Shown here: one piece after another, positions 1-11,600 of the stretch
How positions within the stretch are numbered: the stretch's first letter is position 1
How the letters are laid out: every line of letters begins with the position of its first letter
Source: Octopus bimaculoides
Lineage: Eukaryota
Length of the DNA stretch: 48,949 nt
NCBI RefSeq assembly: GCF_001194135.2
Contig: NC_068985.1
Coordinates: forward strand, 65,731,088 to 65,780,036
Direction: 5' to 3'
Notes under the pieces: model-generated
The model's database searches: none
What the model was told of the DNA's origin: nothing
What the model saw: the letters and a program-made list of their open reading frames with translations, nothing else
Program-made: the position numbers and the translations under genes

Positions 1-207
1 GTGGCCGTTTTCGTGCGGGTGACACGTAAAAGCACCCACTACACTCTCTGAGTGGTTGGCGTTAGGAAGGGCATCCAGCTGTAGAAACTCTGCCAAATCA
101 GACTGGAGCCTGGTGTTGCCATCCGGTTTCACCAGTCCTCAGTCAAATCGTCCAACCCATGCTAGCATGGAAAGCGGACGTTAAACGATGATGATGATGA
201 TGATGAT
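1..207 (+). mobile_element. 3' part of a SINE ending in a (GAT)n tail
   Basis: Non-coding GC-richer block ending ...GCTAGCATGGAAAGCGGACGTTAAAC(GAT)7; resembles an abundant octopus SINE as I recall it. Confidence 0.7.
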
Positions 208-1888
208 CACATACTCCCTCCCTTAGCCACTCACTTCCTCTGTTAGACACACAATTCATTATGCTTATTCATTGATTCACTGACTGACTGCCCCATTCAC
301 TCAGTCTTCCACACTCAAACACACTTTTTTGAATAACTTACAAACTCACAGATTTAGTAACATACCCACTCATTCTAACTTTCACTTATTCTTTCTCTCA
401 TACACACATTCACTTACTGACTTAGTGATTTCTGACTTAGTCACTTATTCATTTATTCACTAAATTTCTTAATCAATCTTTCATTCATTTCCTCACTCAT
501 TCACTCACACATTTACTTACTTATTCCTTCACTTTATCAAATACTTATTCAAACTTTCAATTACCCACTCGCTTAATTACTAACTTACTCAATTAGATAA
601 TTAATTACTTAATTGCTCACTCAGTCACACACAAACTCATTAGCTCACACACACTTGCTCACTCACTCATTTACTCACACACTCACTCACTCATACATAT
701 ACTCACATAATCACTGAAGTACTCACTTATTGATAACATCCTCACTTATTCACTCAGTGACTAGGTCAATTACTGGGCCATTCATTTCCTCATTTACTTA
801 ATTACTCTCTAAATCAGTTAATTACAAACACATTGTCTTGCCTACTTGCTTGGTTGCTCACTCAATCATTCATTCAGTTAACTCACATACTTACAAAATT
901 AATTTGCTTCCTAGTTCACTTATTCCCTAATTTAATTACTTAATTATTTACTTGACCATATGGTTTATATGGATTATATGGTGGTTCACATACATGGTTT
1001 ATATGGATTATATAGTGGTTTACTCAGCCACTCACTCAATTACTAACATATATACTTATTAGATTAATAACTTACTCTCTTAATTAACCACTTATTCAAT
1101 TATTTACTCACAAACTCATTTACTTAATTATTCTCTCACATGTACAGTCATTCATTATTGGATCCGATCATTTAATCACTCACCCAATCAGACATTAAAA
1201 CTTACTCACACAATTACTCACTTATCTAATTCCATATTATACGAGTCCAATTAATTACTCAAACACACATTCACATATTCATTCAATCATTCATTCATCT
1301 ACTAACACACTTGCTCATTTACTCACTCACCCATTTACTTACTCAATCACTAAGTTTCTCACTTATTCACTCACTTTCTCACACACTTACTCCCTTACTC
1401 AATTACTGGCTCATTCATTCACTCAGCTCACAGATCATCATGTTACTGATGTAATTATATACTTGCTCAGTCACTCTCTCAATTAATTAATCACTCATTA
1501 ACTCACTCACGAGCTCAGTTGCTAACTTAGCCCCTTACATACCTACTAAATTGACTACTCACACATTAACTCAATTAATTACTTACAGAAGTATTTATTC
1601 CATTAAAAAAACTCAATTAATTACTTACAGAAGTATTTATTCCATTAAAAAAACTCACTCAATTTACAACTCATTTATTCATTCACTTACTCAGGCACTC
1701 ATTCACAAATGCTCACACTCATTCATTCATTTAATCACTCACACATTCACTGAGTAACTTACTTATTCACCCACCCAGTCACTCATGTACTTACTGGCTT
1801 ACTTAGTCACACTCTTGTCTACTCCACCACTCACTAACTCACGCTTTCCTTTAATCAGTCACTCACTCATTCACAAACCCATTCATTG
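208..1888 (+). repeat. Degenerate (CACT/CATT)n low-complexity tract
   Basis: Continuous ACTC/ATTC/TCAC words; ORFs here are T/H/S/L low-complexity artefacts. Confidence 0.9.
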
Positions 1889-4680
1889 TGAGAGAGTATG
1901 ATTGGTTTAGAGAATGAATGAATGGATGAATGAATGAGTGTGAGAGATAGTATGTGTGAGGAAATAGATGAAAAGCAATTGAGTGAGTGAATGACTAACT
2001 AAAATAGTGAGGGAATGGAATAAGTGTTTGAATAAGTGAGTGAGGAAATAGGTGACTGAGTTTGTCAGTGAGGGAATAGAAAAAGGCTAGATTTAATGAG
2101 AGTGTGAGAATGAGTAAGAAAGTGAGTGTGTGAAAGGGTTTGTCTGAGTGGATGCATGAGTGAGCAAATGAGAGTAGGAGTTGGTGGTGACTAAGTGATT
2201 CAGTGAATGAGAAAACGAACGAGTAATTGAGTGAGTGAGTGAGAGTAAACAAGTGTATATTTGAGTGAAAGTTGTGTAGGTGAGTCAGATGGAATAAGTT
2301 AGTATTTGAAGGCCATGAGAATTAGTGACTGAATGAATAAATATGTCAGTGCAAGACTGGACAAATGTGAATGGATCAATGAGTAACAGAGTGTATCTGA
2401 ATAAGAGAGTGTGTGAGAATGTGATCATTCACTCTGAGTGACTGTCACTCAACCATACACTCCTTCACAAATTCAGAGTGGATGAGTAAGTAAATATGTT
2501 AGCAAGTGAGCAATTTATTAAGTAAGTCAAGGAGTAATTAAGTGAGTGAGTGATAGAGAGATTCAGTATGTATGAGAAAATGAACGTGTAGGTCAATTAA
2601 TAAATAAATGAATAAATAAGAAAAAGAGTAAGTAAATAATAATTTTTTCTTCAATAGGCACAGGGCCTGAAATTTGGAGGAAGGGGGCTAGTCGATTACA
2701 TTGGTCCCCAGCATTCAACTGGTACTTATTTCATCGACCCCCAAAAGGATGAAAGACAAAGTTGACCTCAGTGGCATTTGAGTAAGTAAATAACAATGCC
2801 AGTGAGTGAATGAAAATGTGAGCAAGTGTCTGACTGAGTGAGTAACTGAGTGAATGCACAAATGAGGGCTTGTATGAGTGTGACTAAGGAAGTGAGTGAG
2901 AAAGTTATCCATTAATTGAGTGAAAGTATGATTGAGCAAATGAGTGTGAAAGTTAATGGGTGGATGAGTGCATGAGTGATTGCCTGAATGTATAATTGAG
3001 TAGGTATGTAAGTAAGTTATTCAGTAACTGAGTATGTGAATGAATAAAAGGATGTGTTAGTGAGTAGGTGGATGAATGAATGAATTAGTGAGTGATTGAG
3101 TGAGTGATTAGTGAGTCAATGAGTACATTGCTGATTGTATGCTAGGTAAGTGCATGCATGAGGGAGTAATTGAGTGTGTGATGAGTAATAAGTGAATAAA
3201 TTAGTGATTGAATCAGTATTTAGTAATTGAGTGACTTGGTTGGTGGGTGAATGAGTGAGATATTGAGTGAATATATGAGTTGTAAATGAGTGAGAGAATG
3301 AAGGAATTAGTGTATGTGTGAGTGAGTGCATCAGTGAATGAGTTAATGATTGTGTATGACAGTGAATGAGAGAGTGAATGATGGAATGAGTAAGTAAGTG
3401 AAAAAGTAGGTCAGAAAGTAAATGAGTAATTGAAAAAATGAGTGAGTGAGAGTGTGAGAGAATGAGTGTGTTAATGAATAAGTCAATGAATGAGTGTGTA
3501 AATAAGCAAGTAAATAAGTGATTAATAGATTGAGTGAGTGGATAAATGAATGAATGATGGTGTAATTGAGTGCATGCATGGAGAAATAATGTGCTTCAGT
3601 GAAAGGCTTAGTAGTAAAGAAGTAAATTGGTGAGTAAGTAAATAAGTTAGCAAATTTGTGAGTGTGGGTGAGTGAATGAGTGACTGAGTGTGTGTGAGTG
3701 AGTGAGTATAAATAAGAACGGATTTAAGTGAATAAGTAAGCATATGAGTATGTTAAGATGTGTCAAAGAGTGACTGAGTGAAATATTCTGTGAGTAGATA
3801 AGTGAGTGAATATATTAGCAAGAGAGTGATGGAATGAATGATGTCAGTAAGTAAATCAGTGAGTGTATAAGCTAATGAGTAATAAAGTGAGTGAATAAAT
3901 GATTGAGTCTGTAAGTAGGTCAGTGAATGAATTATTTAGTGAGTGAGTAAGGTAGAGTGTAAGTGAGTAGAAAAGTGAGTAAAGGACTTACTGAATGAAG
4001 GCATGAGTAAGTAAAAGAATAAGTAAGTGATTGAGTATTTAATGGATGAGTAAAAGAGTAAGTATGTAAATAAGTGAATGGGTAGAGGTTTAAGTTTGCA
4101 ATTGAATAAGTGACTGAGTGAGAAAGTAAGTGGCTGAATGGGTGCATGAGCGAGTGAGCTAGTAAAGAAGTGTGTATGCATGAGAGAGGAAGTGAGTAAT
4201 TTTATGAGTGAGTGAGTGAGTGTGAAAGTATCTAAGCAGAAGGAATGATTAAGAATTTGGGTGTGTGAGTGAGTAAGTGAACGAGGAAGTACTTGATTGA
4301 ATAAGTCAGTGAATGTATGAGTGAATGAGTTTATATTAAGAGTGTAAGTCATTGTTTTTGTATGTGTAAGTGAGAATGTAAATGATTGAGTGGGTAAGTG
4401 AGTAGGTAATGAATAAATGAGAATGTAAGTAAATAAATAAATCATTGAATAAATAAAGAAGTGAGTACTAAGTGACTTAGCGATCAAGTTACTAAAGATT
4501 GAAATAAATGAGTGTGTGAGTGAGTGAATGAATGAGGGATTGATTATATAGATAGATTAGTGAGTGAGTGGGTGAATAAGGGAGTGAATGAGTAATTTGG
4601 TAACTGAGTGGGTCATTGAGTATGCAATTGGTTCTGTAAGTGACTGCATAAATCAGTGAATAATTCAGTAAGTGAGTGAA
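1889..4680 (-). repeat. Same degenerate tract in opposite orientation, (GAGT/GAAT)n on +
   Basis: Abrupt switch to GAGT/GAAT words at ~1889; interrupted by a SINE at ~2648-2781. Confidence 0.9.
2648..2781 (-). mobile_element. Short SINE family, partial copy
   Basis: Shares GGCCTGAAATTT / AACTGGTACTT / AGGATGAAAG..AAAGT.GACCTC blocks with copies at 26.7, 40.0, 40.3, 45.2 and 48.6 kb. Confidence 0.8.
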
Positions 4681-4999
4681 TGCTTGAGTGTGAAAGTAAA
4701 TGGGCTTGGGAACAAGCAAGAACAGCCTTCCTGATCAAGTCTACCTTCGACGTTCTACCCTCACTGGCGAACTTAGTTCGATGGAACATAAAAACAACCG
4801 ATGAATGTGGATGCGGGGAGAAAGCGACGGTGAGACACGTTCTGTCAAACTGCAGACTAGCACTGGAAAGGTATACATTGCGCCATAATCAAGTCCTTGG
4901 CATCATAAGTGCAGCACTCAAGGAGAAGATCGAGGGATACAACAGAGGAGAGTACCCCAAAGTGGAAAAGCGCAGGAAAATATACTTCCAGAAGGAGGG
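4681..4999 (+). mobile_element. HERO-like (RLE-type) non-LTR retrotransposon fragment, zinc-knuckle region
   Basis: FLIKSTFDVLPSLANLVRW...CGCGEKATVRHVLSNC..ALERYTLRHNQVL matches the CCHC/RHN motif that precedes restriction-like endonucleases; the FLIKS..D.LP...NL..W prefix is HERO-like (recalled). Confidence 0.75.
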
Positions 5000-5990
5000 N
5001 NNNNNNNNNNNNNNNNNNNNNNNNNNNNNNNNNNNNNNNNNNNNNNNNNNNNNNNNNNNNNNNNNNNNNNNNNNNNNNNNNNNNNNNNNNNNNNNNNNNN
5101 NNNNNNNNNNNNNNNNNNNNNNNNNNNNNNNNNNNNNNNNNNNNNNNNNNNNNNNNNNNNNNNNNNNNNNNNNNNNNNNNNNNNNNNNNNNNNNNNNNNN
5201 NNNNNNNNNNNNNNNNNNNNNNNNNNNNNNNNNNNNNNNNNNNNNNNNNNNNNNNNNNNNNNNNNNNNNNNNNNNNNNNNNNNNNNNNNNNNNNNNNNNN
5301 NNNNNNNNNNNNNNNNNNNNNNNNNNNNNNNNNNNNNNNNNNNNNNNNNNNNNNNNNNNNNNNNNNNNNNNNNNNNNNNNNNNNNNNNNNNNNNNNNNNN
5401 NNNNNNNNNNNNNNNNNNNNNNNNNNNNNNNNNNNNNNNNNNNNNNNNNNNNNNNNNNNNNNNNNNNNNNNNNNNNNNNNNNNNNNNNNNNNNNNNNNNN
5501 NNNNNNNNNNNNNNNNNNNNNNNNNNNNNNNNNNNNNNNNNNNNNNNNNNNNNNNNNNNNNNNNNNNNNNNNNNNNNNNNNNNNNNNNNNNNNNNNNNNN
5601 NNNNNNNNNNNNNNNNNNNNNNNNNNNNNNNNNNNNNNNNNNNNNNNNNNNNNNNNNNNNNNNNNNNNNNNNNNNNNNNNNNNNNNNNNNNNNNNNNNNN
5701 NNNNNNNNNNNNNNNNNNNNNNNNNNNNNNNNNNNNNNNNNNNNNNNNNNNNNNNNNNNNNNNNNNNNNNNNNNNNNNNNNNNNNNNNNNNNNNNNNNNN
5801 NNNNNNNNNNNNNNNNNNNNNNNNNNNNNNNNNNNNNNNNNNNNNNNNNNNNNNNNNNNNNNNNNNNNNNNNNNNNNNNNNNNNNNNNNNNNNNNNNNNN
5901 NNNNNNNNNNNNNNNNNNNNNNNNNNNNNNNNNNNNNNNNNNNNNNNNNNNNNNNNNNNNNNNNNNNNNNNNNNNNNNNNNNNNNNNNNT

Positions 5991-6328
5991 AACTGGATCC
6001 TAATCCACCAAGGGAAGGTATGTCAGAAGAAAGTAATTCAACAACGCGGGTTGATGAACCATAAGACGTGTGGCCAGAACCTCCTGGAAAATAACCATAG
6101 CGAGGGACATTCCACAGTTGAATTAGAACAGTCACAAACAGTGAAAGAAGACATGCACCCAACACCAGAGCTGAAGACACCTCCGAAAGGAGGGGCCCCG
6201 CCACGTCAAAACGGTAGAGGAGTAGGGGCCGAAACCGGACGTGGTTCCTCCTGATGATGTCTTCAGCTAACTGGATCCTATAAAGGAGCTGTTGTGGTAG
6301 CAGACCACGAAACATGGTTGAAATTCCT
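5991..6328 (+). mobile_element. Second HERO-like segment after the gap, with a GC-rich structured end
   Basis: LIHQGKVC..QQR..HKT..ENNHS resembles a HERO N-terminal segment, followed by a CCGAAAC...GGTT..CTGATGATGT motif. Confidence 0.5.
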
Positions 6329-6480
6329 CAGTGAATGAATATATAAAGGAATACACTCCCTCTTTCATGAATGAGTTAGTGAGTGAGTGAATGAACGAGT
6401 GAATAAATGAATAAGTGTGTAAGCAAGTAGGTAGGTGAGAAAGTAAGTAATAAATACATAAGTTGTGAGTAATGATGTAA
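6329..6480 (-). repeat. Resumption of the (GAGT/GAAT)n tract
   Basis: GTGAATGAAT..GAGTGAGTGAATGAACGAGT words after the retroelement. Confidence 0.75.
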
Positions 6481-6544
6481 GCTAGTATATTTTATCATTT
6501 TCCAAAATAGCATAATCAAATTGAATGTTTGAACATTTCTTGAT

Positions 6545-7450
6545 GATTAATCATTCTCAAATCCAGAACACATAACTCCTATTGTAGGCAGACAATTGAG
6601 CAGGTATAATATTGACATAGCTACACTCTCTGAAGCCCATCTTATTGATAAAAGTCACCTTTTAGTAAGGGGTACTGGCTACATTTTCTTCTGAAAAGGG
6701 AATCCAAATAGGGAGAGAAGAAGATTTGTGGGGTGTTTGCAGTCCCAACAGAGATCACTAAACAGCTGGAGCAAACATGGTGTATTGGTGACTAAATAAT
6801 GCATTTGAGAGTTCTTCTGTTAAAGAGATATTTCATGAATGTCATTTCAGTGTATACTCCTATTCTGGGTACTAACTAGTAATCAATTATGGCTTTTTTA
6901 CCAAGAGCTACAAGGGTCTGTACATTGATTCTACATGAAAATAAGATCTTGCTGCTTGGAGATTTCAGTGCATGTGTAAGGAGTGATCACAATACCTGGA
7001 GTGCTTTTGGGTGTCATGGTACGGGTAAGATGGGTACTAATGGTCTTCTTCTGCAACTTACGCACTGAGTTAGTCATGTACAATACTTTCAACAAAAGGA
7101 TATTTATAAAGCAGCATGGACATATCTTGGATTATATTATTACCAGAGAGACCTCCAGGATATTTGTTCTGTAAGAGTAATGTGTGGTGCAGTACCTACT
7201 ACAGACCACAAATTTGTACATGATAAGATAAAAATATAGATCAGACATCAAAGTGTCAAAATGCAAAGAAATATTAGTTGCTTTTCATAATACACTTGAC
7301 AACATTGTCTTTGATGAAACTTGGGATCAGTTCAAAACACAAGTTTACAATGCTAGGGATGATGTACTTGGTTTCAAGAAGACTCAGTATTGAGACTGGT
7401 TAGATGATAATGATATTGCAATCATCATGTTCATTGAAAAGAAGAACTAG
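6545..7450 (+). mobile_element. RTE-like LINE, decayed APE endonuclease region
   Basis: Fragmentary frames read RQLSRYNIDIATLSEAHL, VYTP and HILDYIITR, typical RTE endonuclease motifs; many stops and frameshifts. Confidence 0.7.
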
Positions 7451-7589
7451 GCCATTTTTCAACCCAGTGTCAAACTTGCCTTGGTATAAGGTTTTATTCA
7501 AGAGTATTCCTTTTTCCCATGCTTTCACTGGTATGTATGTATGGATGTATGGATGGATGCATGCTAGAAAACTACTTGGCTTGGTCTAG

Positions 7590-7880
7590 ATCCCAAGATG
7601 GCATTTCGCTATCCATGCGAGTAGGATGCAGTGATTCTCCATCTTCAATGTCTTGAATTGATATGTTTCCTCTATTTTTTTGCAGGTGCACTTGGGAATG
7701 CAGCTAGTTTCTCAAGAGAGACATCTGTTTCTGCTTCTTCATGAGCTTCTAGGTTTCCCTTTTTTGAAGCAAAGAAAAGTTTCGCAAGGTGTTGTATCTT
7801 TGCTAATACAGTAGAATTTTTTCACATCTTTCTTTAGAAATTGTGTTGGGGACAGCTGAATATTGCGTGGTATAATGGAT
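7590..7880 (-). mobile_element. Possible highly decayed LINE 3' fragment
   Basis: Weak resemblance only to RTE C-terminal regions. Confidence 0.25.
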
Positions 7881-8820
7881 ATTCCATGTGAAAATATAAT
7901 CTGAATAAAACCAAAAGGAAAATTGTCTCTAAAACAAAATAGGAGCTGACATCAGCCATGTAAACTCACTTCATTTAATCTAGTCATAGGCATACTAAGC
8001 CAGGCAGTTTACACGTATTTATGTTGCTCTTATGTCTGGGGTAGATAAGTAAACCTGCAACCATAGTAAAACAAATGTTAATAGAAAAGAGTTCAAGCGA
8101 TTACAGACTAAGGACTTCGTTTCCATTAAACTACTTTTCTTCAAAATTACGATTCACTTTCATGGATCTCCGGAAATGATGAAGTACCATAAATGCTTCA
8201 GAAAGATGATAGGTTTGAAAAGGAATTGTATATTTCGTGGGTCACTCTAGATTTCAAACAATCATGTGACGGTATTTGAGCTTATAGCCAAAGTTTTACT
8301 TTGCTAAAAAAATGGCGTCTGCAGATGTAACAGTTCAAATCATTTTGTGAGGGAAGAGGGTATTTCGGATTGCATTTAACGGATTGTTAGTGACGTCATA
8401 GAGTCTATTTTTATGTTTTGACATGCTTTTCTGACTTTTTAAATATTCACTTATTTACGACTAGAAGCTTATAATTGTTGACATATGCTGAAATAAGAAC
8501 TAATGTTCAACAGAGATAGCTGAAAGCTGGTGATCAGAAACAAATTGAAAAATAAAGTTGAAGAATAGTACTGGCAACAGTGACAGGTCACTATTACCTG
8601 TAAAATTTTTTTTTGCGAACGAAACACGAAAATAACAATAACAACAAACTGATAGAGTAGTAATGATGAAAAATATAGAAAAATGAATAAAGAGAAAGAA
8701 TAGGTTTAATGGAACACGAAAATTTCAAAAGCTTTTTTCTTTATATTTATAAAACTATTGGTTTATATAGATTTATACAGGATGAGTACGTTTCTGTATA
8801 TGTGTAAACGTGCACGAATG

Positions 8821-8941
<121 letters not shown>

Positions 8942-9234
8942 CCAGGAGGAGATATGAGAGGTGAATGGTGAACAAATATTTATTTAACCTCGTGGCTTCT
9001 TTAGGTTTACGGCTGCTTCGCAACCGTCTTCTTGCAGTATGAATTTCAATATGGAAGAAATTATACAAACATGTTTGTATTAATATATCAGACAATTATA
9101 TATCCACAAATTAATGCAAATAAAGAGAGCGACCTCATCAGATCACCAAAACATCATTGTTACACCAACAATTCAACTCATATTCACATCTCCGCTTCAT
9201 GGTCTCGACAGTTACATCTAGGAGTGGCTTGTGA

Positions 9235-9380
9235 GTGAAAATGTCCTTCATATTGGGGAAGCAGCTGTATGAAGCTTACCCACTTGATCAAGACTGTTTG
9301 CTAAACTCAGTCGTTTATAAAGCTGAAGTTACGGCAGTGCTCCAAAATAAGGTAACCGAAAAGAAAATTTACGTCGATTT
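9235..9380 (+). mobile_element. Penelope-like fragment, start of GIY-YIG region
   Basis: PLDQDCLLNSVVYKAEV...KKIY resembles the PLE CPL..CL...VVYKA.V...K.YIG motif. Confidence 0.55.
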
Positions 9381-9990
9381 TCTTTTTTTTACTGTAACTC
9401 ATAATTCCTTTGAAAAAGATACAAATGTAACAGCGTTTCTTCTCTCTTCTCTAAATAAGAAAATTTATCAAAAGAAAAGAAAAGAAATAAACATATAGAA
9501 GAATAACCAACGGTATTTTTAAAGATAGATTTTATTAAGTTTTCTGTGTTAGTTGTTGTAAACAGATTGAAATATTTTACGTTGTTTGTAAAGAAACTTA
9601 CTAAGCAAATGGTAATGGTGTTTTTTGTAAAAAAAGAATGAAATATAAAGAGCATTAACGCTTAACCGCTCTAGAAAAATGTTTAATTGTTGAAGAATAA
9701 ATAGTCAATACTGTGAATGCCTAATTAATTCAGATTTGATAAATATCAGACGATGAGCATTTTGCAGAGACAACGATCAATAATTAGAAGTAGAAAATTT
9801 GTATGTGGAGTAAATCAGTGCCAGGACAGACATTGCATCAAATAGTTTTAGTGAATGTTCAAAAGGTTCTAGTTGGCATAGATATTATATGTGAAGAGAG
9901 CAGTAGTTTTGAAATGAAACAATTTTTTAAAAAACGAATAAAAAGTTGGTTAATATAAATTTCCAGGTTAATGATTTTAATAATTGGAGT

Positions 9991-9996
9991 TTTATT
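9991..9996 (-). promoter_or_regulatory. Candidate AATAAA poly(A) signal of the host gene
   Basis: TTTATT on +, ~235 nt downstream of the stop at 10231; AT-rich context makes chance occurrence likely. Confidence 0.3.
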
Positions 9997-10068
9997 TTCT
10001 CAAATATTGTTAATCTGAAAATGTCAGATGTGTTTTTTTTTTACACTAAGAATTATAGCATGAATGTT

Positions 10069-10101
<33 letters not shown>

Positions 10102-10230
10102 CTTAAAATCTACAGTTTAGATATATCTGCTAACTTGAACGAGACTGAGATAACAGATAATCTAATGTCAATTATATGGATCAATTCCTTAGACCTAAAC
10201 TGGTTTCAATTAAACATTTTTTAAATCCTG

Positions 10231-10879
10231 TTACACGGCCAAATTGAATCCTTTCGTCCATTCTAAAACATCTGAGTCATGCATGCTGCCACTACTATTA
10301 CTTTTTGGAACCAAGGTAGTATTGTCACTTAGAAAACCACTCTTAGATGTGCGAGTATCCTTTTTTACTAGAGCGTAGTCATCTCCATTGACATAAAAAT
10401 GCTGAAGGTCACGAAATACGTCATCGTCACCTTTGCTTTCCTGGCTGTCCTTTCTTGTTAAAATGTCGGCATCAGAATTCTTCCGACCAGTGAAAGTATT
10501 ATCACCAATTTTCATGGTGCCCATGTCAGGATATTTATTCTTTTCCTGAGTTGAATAGTCACTTTCTGGAAATTCGTCACCAGTTTTAGAAAACTGAAAA
10601 ACATTGTCGTCCTTGCTAGTTGCAGAATCCATTGTCTTACCAGACTCATTTCCTGATGAAATTAAAGAACTTTTCTTTTTAATCTGCTTTGAATTGGAAC
10701 CAGTCTTTGAATCGTCGAGCAGATTATTTTCACTGTTCTTTGACCGACCATTCAGTGTTTCATTGTCTCCTTCACCAAAATTTTCTTTCAGGTACTGGAA
10801 TGATGCTAAGGGTTCGTTTATGGCTTCACTGCTAGAGCGTTCTTCTCTCTCTGTATTCGCAGCCAGGCATCGTCGACGT
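10231..10879 (-). CDS. Host gene terminal coding exon: cytoplasmic tail of a type I membrane protein
   Basis: Acceptor CCTAAACTTCACCTTTTGTAG|A (phase 2) continues the TM exon as R-RRRCLAANTEREERSSSE...FYVNGDDYALVKK...KGFNLAV*; 649 nt, stop TAA at 10233-10231; includes ORF-track entry 10231..10632. Confidence 0.85.
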
Positions 10880-11291
10880 CTACAAAAGGTGAAGTTTAGG
10901 CATAAGACAGGATCAGAAATTTTCAGTTGTTGCTAGGAGGCGGTTTTGAAGTTCCACATACAATCGCATTGGAAGTATTTCTGCAAAGATAGAGGACTTT
11001 CTAAGATTCAAGGAAGGAAATTTAATCGCAGTAAATCATTGCTCTGCACCATTGCAATAGTTCATGATACTCTGAAAGATCAGAACTGTATGAAACCATC
11101 AGTAATTTTTGACTAAATCCCTTTTTCTTCTTTTCTTCTTTTATTTTTATTTTTCATTTTTACTTTACTTTACCTAGAAATATTCATTTTAGTGGCACTG
11201 AAAACAAGAGGTAAACTTATGATTAAGTTGAGAATATGCATCAATTGCAAGGTGATTATGTTTCACAGTTTACTAGTAGTATTCTAATATC

Positions 11292-11463
11292 CAGTTCTAT
11301 ATTTAAGAGATGAGGAATTATGTACATTATTTACATTTGACGGATATTTGTCCTCATCGTGTTTGTTGTTTACACAACGTTTTGGCTGATATACCCTCCA
11401 GCCTTCATCAGGTGTTTTGGAGAAATTTCGAACCTGGGTTCTCATTCCTAAGGTATTTTTCGA
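11292..11463 (-). mobile_element. Penelope-type terminal repeat fragment with a mutated hammerhead
   Basis: Reverse complement of 11601-11739; core reads ACAC-CTGATGA-AGGCTG..CAGCC-AAAAC-GTT-GTGT (GAAAC changed to AAAAC). Confidence 0.7.
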
Positions 11464-11568
11464 TGCTGCTGCTGCCGCTGTTGTTGTTGTTGTTGTTATT
11501 ATTATTATCATTCAGATCACTGCCTGGAATCGAACTCGGAATCTTAGNNNNNNNNNNTAATAATAATG

Positions 11569-11600
<32 letters not shown>

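Noticed and set aside
1551-4719. Many H/T/S/L-rich ORFs
   Set aside because: Translations of the CACT tract; no splice or codon evidence.
4680-6315. Long ORFs of 364-524 aa, and similar ones at 17.2-19.7, 40.7-41.0, 43.7-44.4 and 47.0-47.9 kb
   Set aside because: Their length comes from N-runs translated as X.
10933-10935. In-frame TAG upstream of the long tail ORF, suggesting stop readthrough or UAG-to-UIG editing
   Set aside because: The acceptor at 10879 lies downstream of this TAG and has exactly the phase the TM exon needs, so the TAG is intronic and needs no recoding.
10604-10936. 110-aa plus-strand ORF
   Set aside because: Antisense shadow of the real minus-strand exon.
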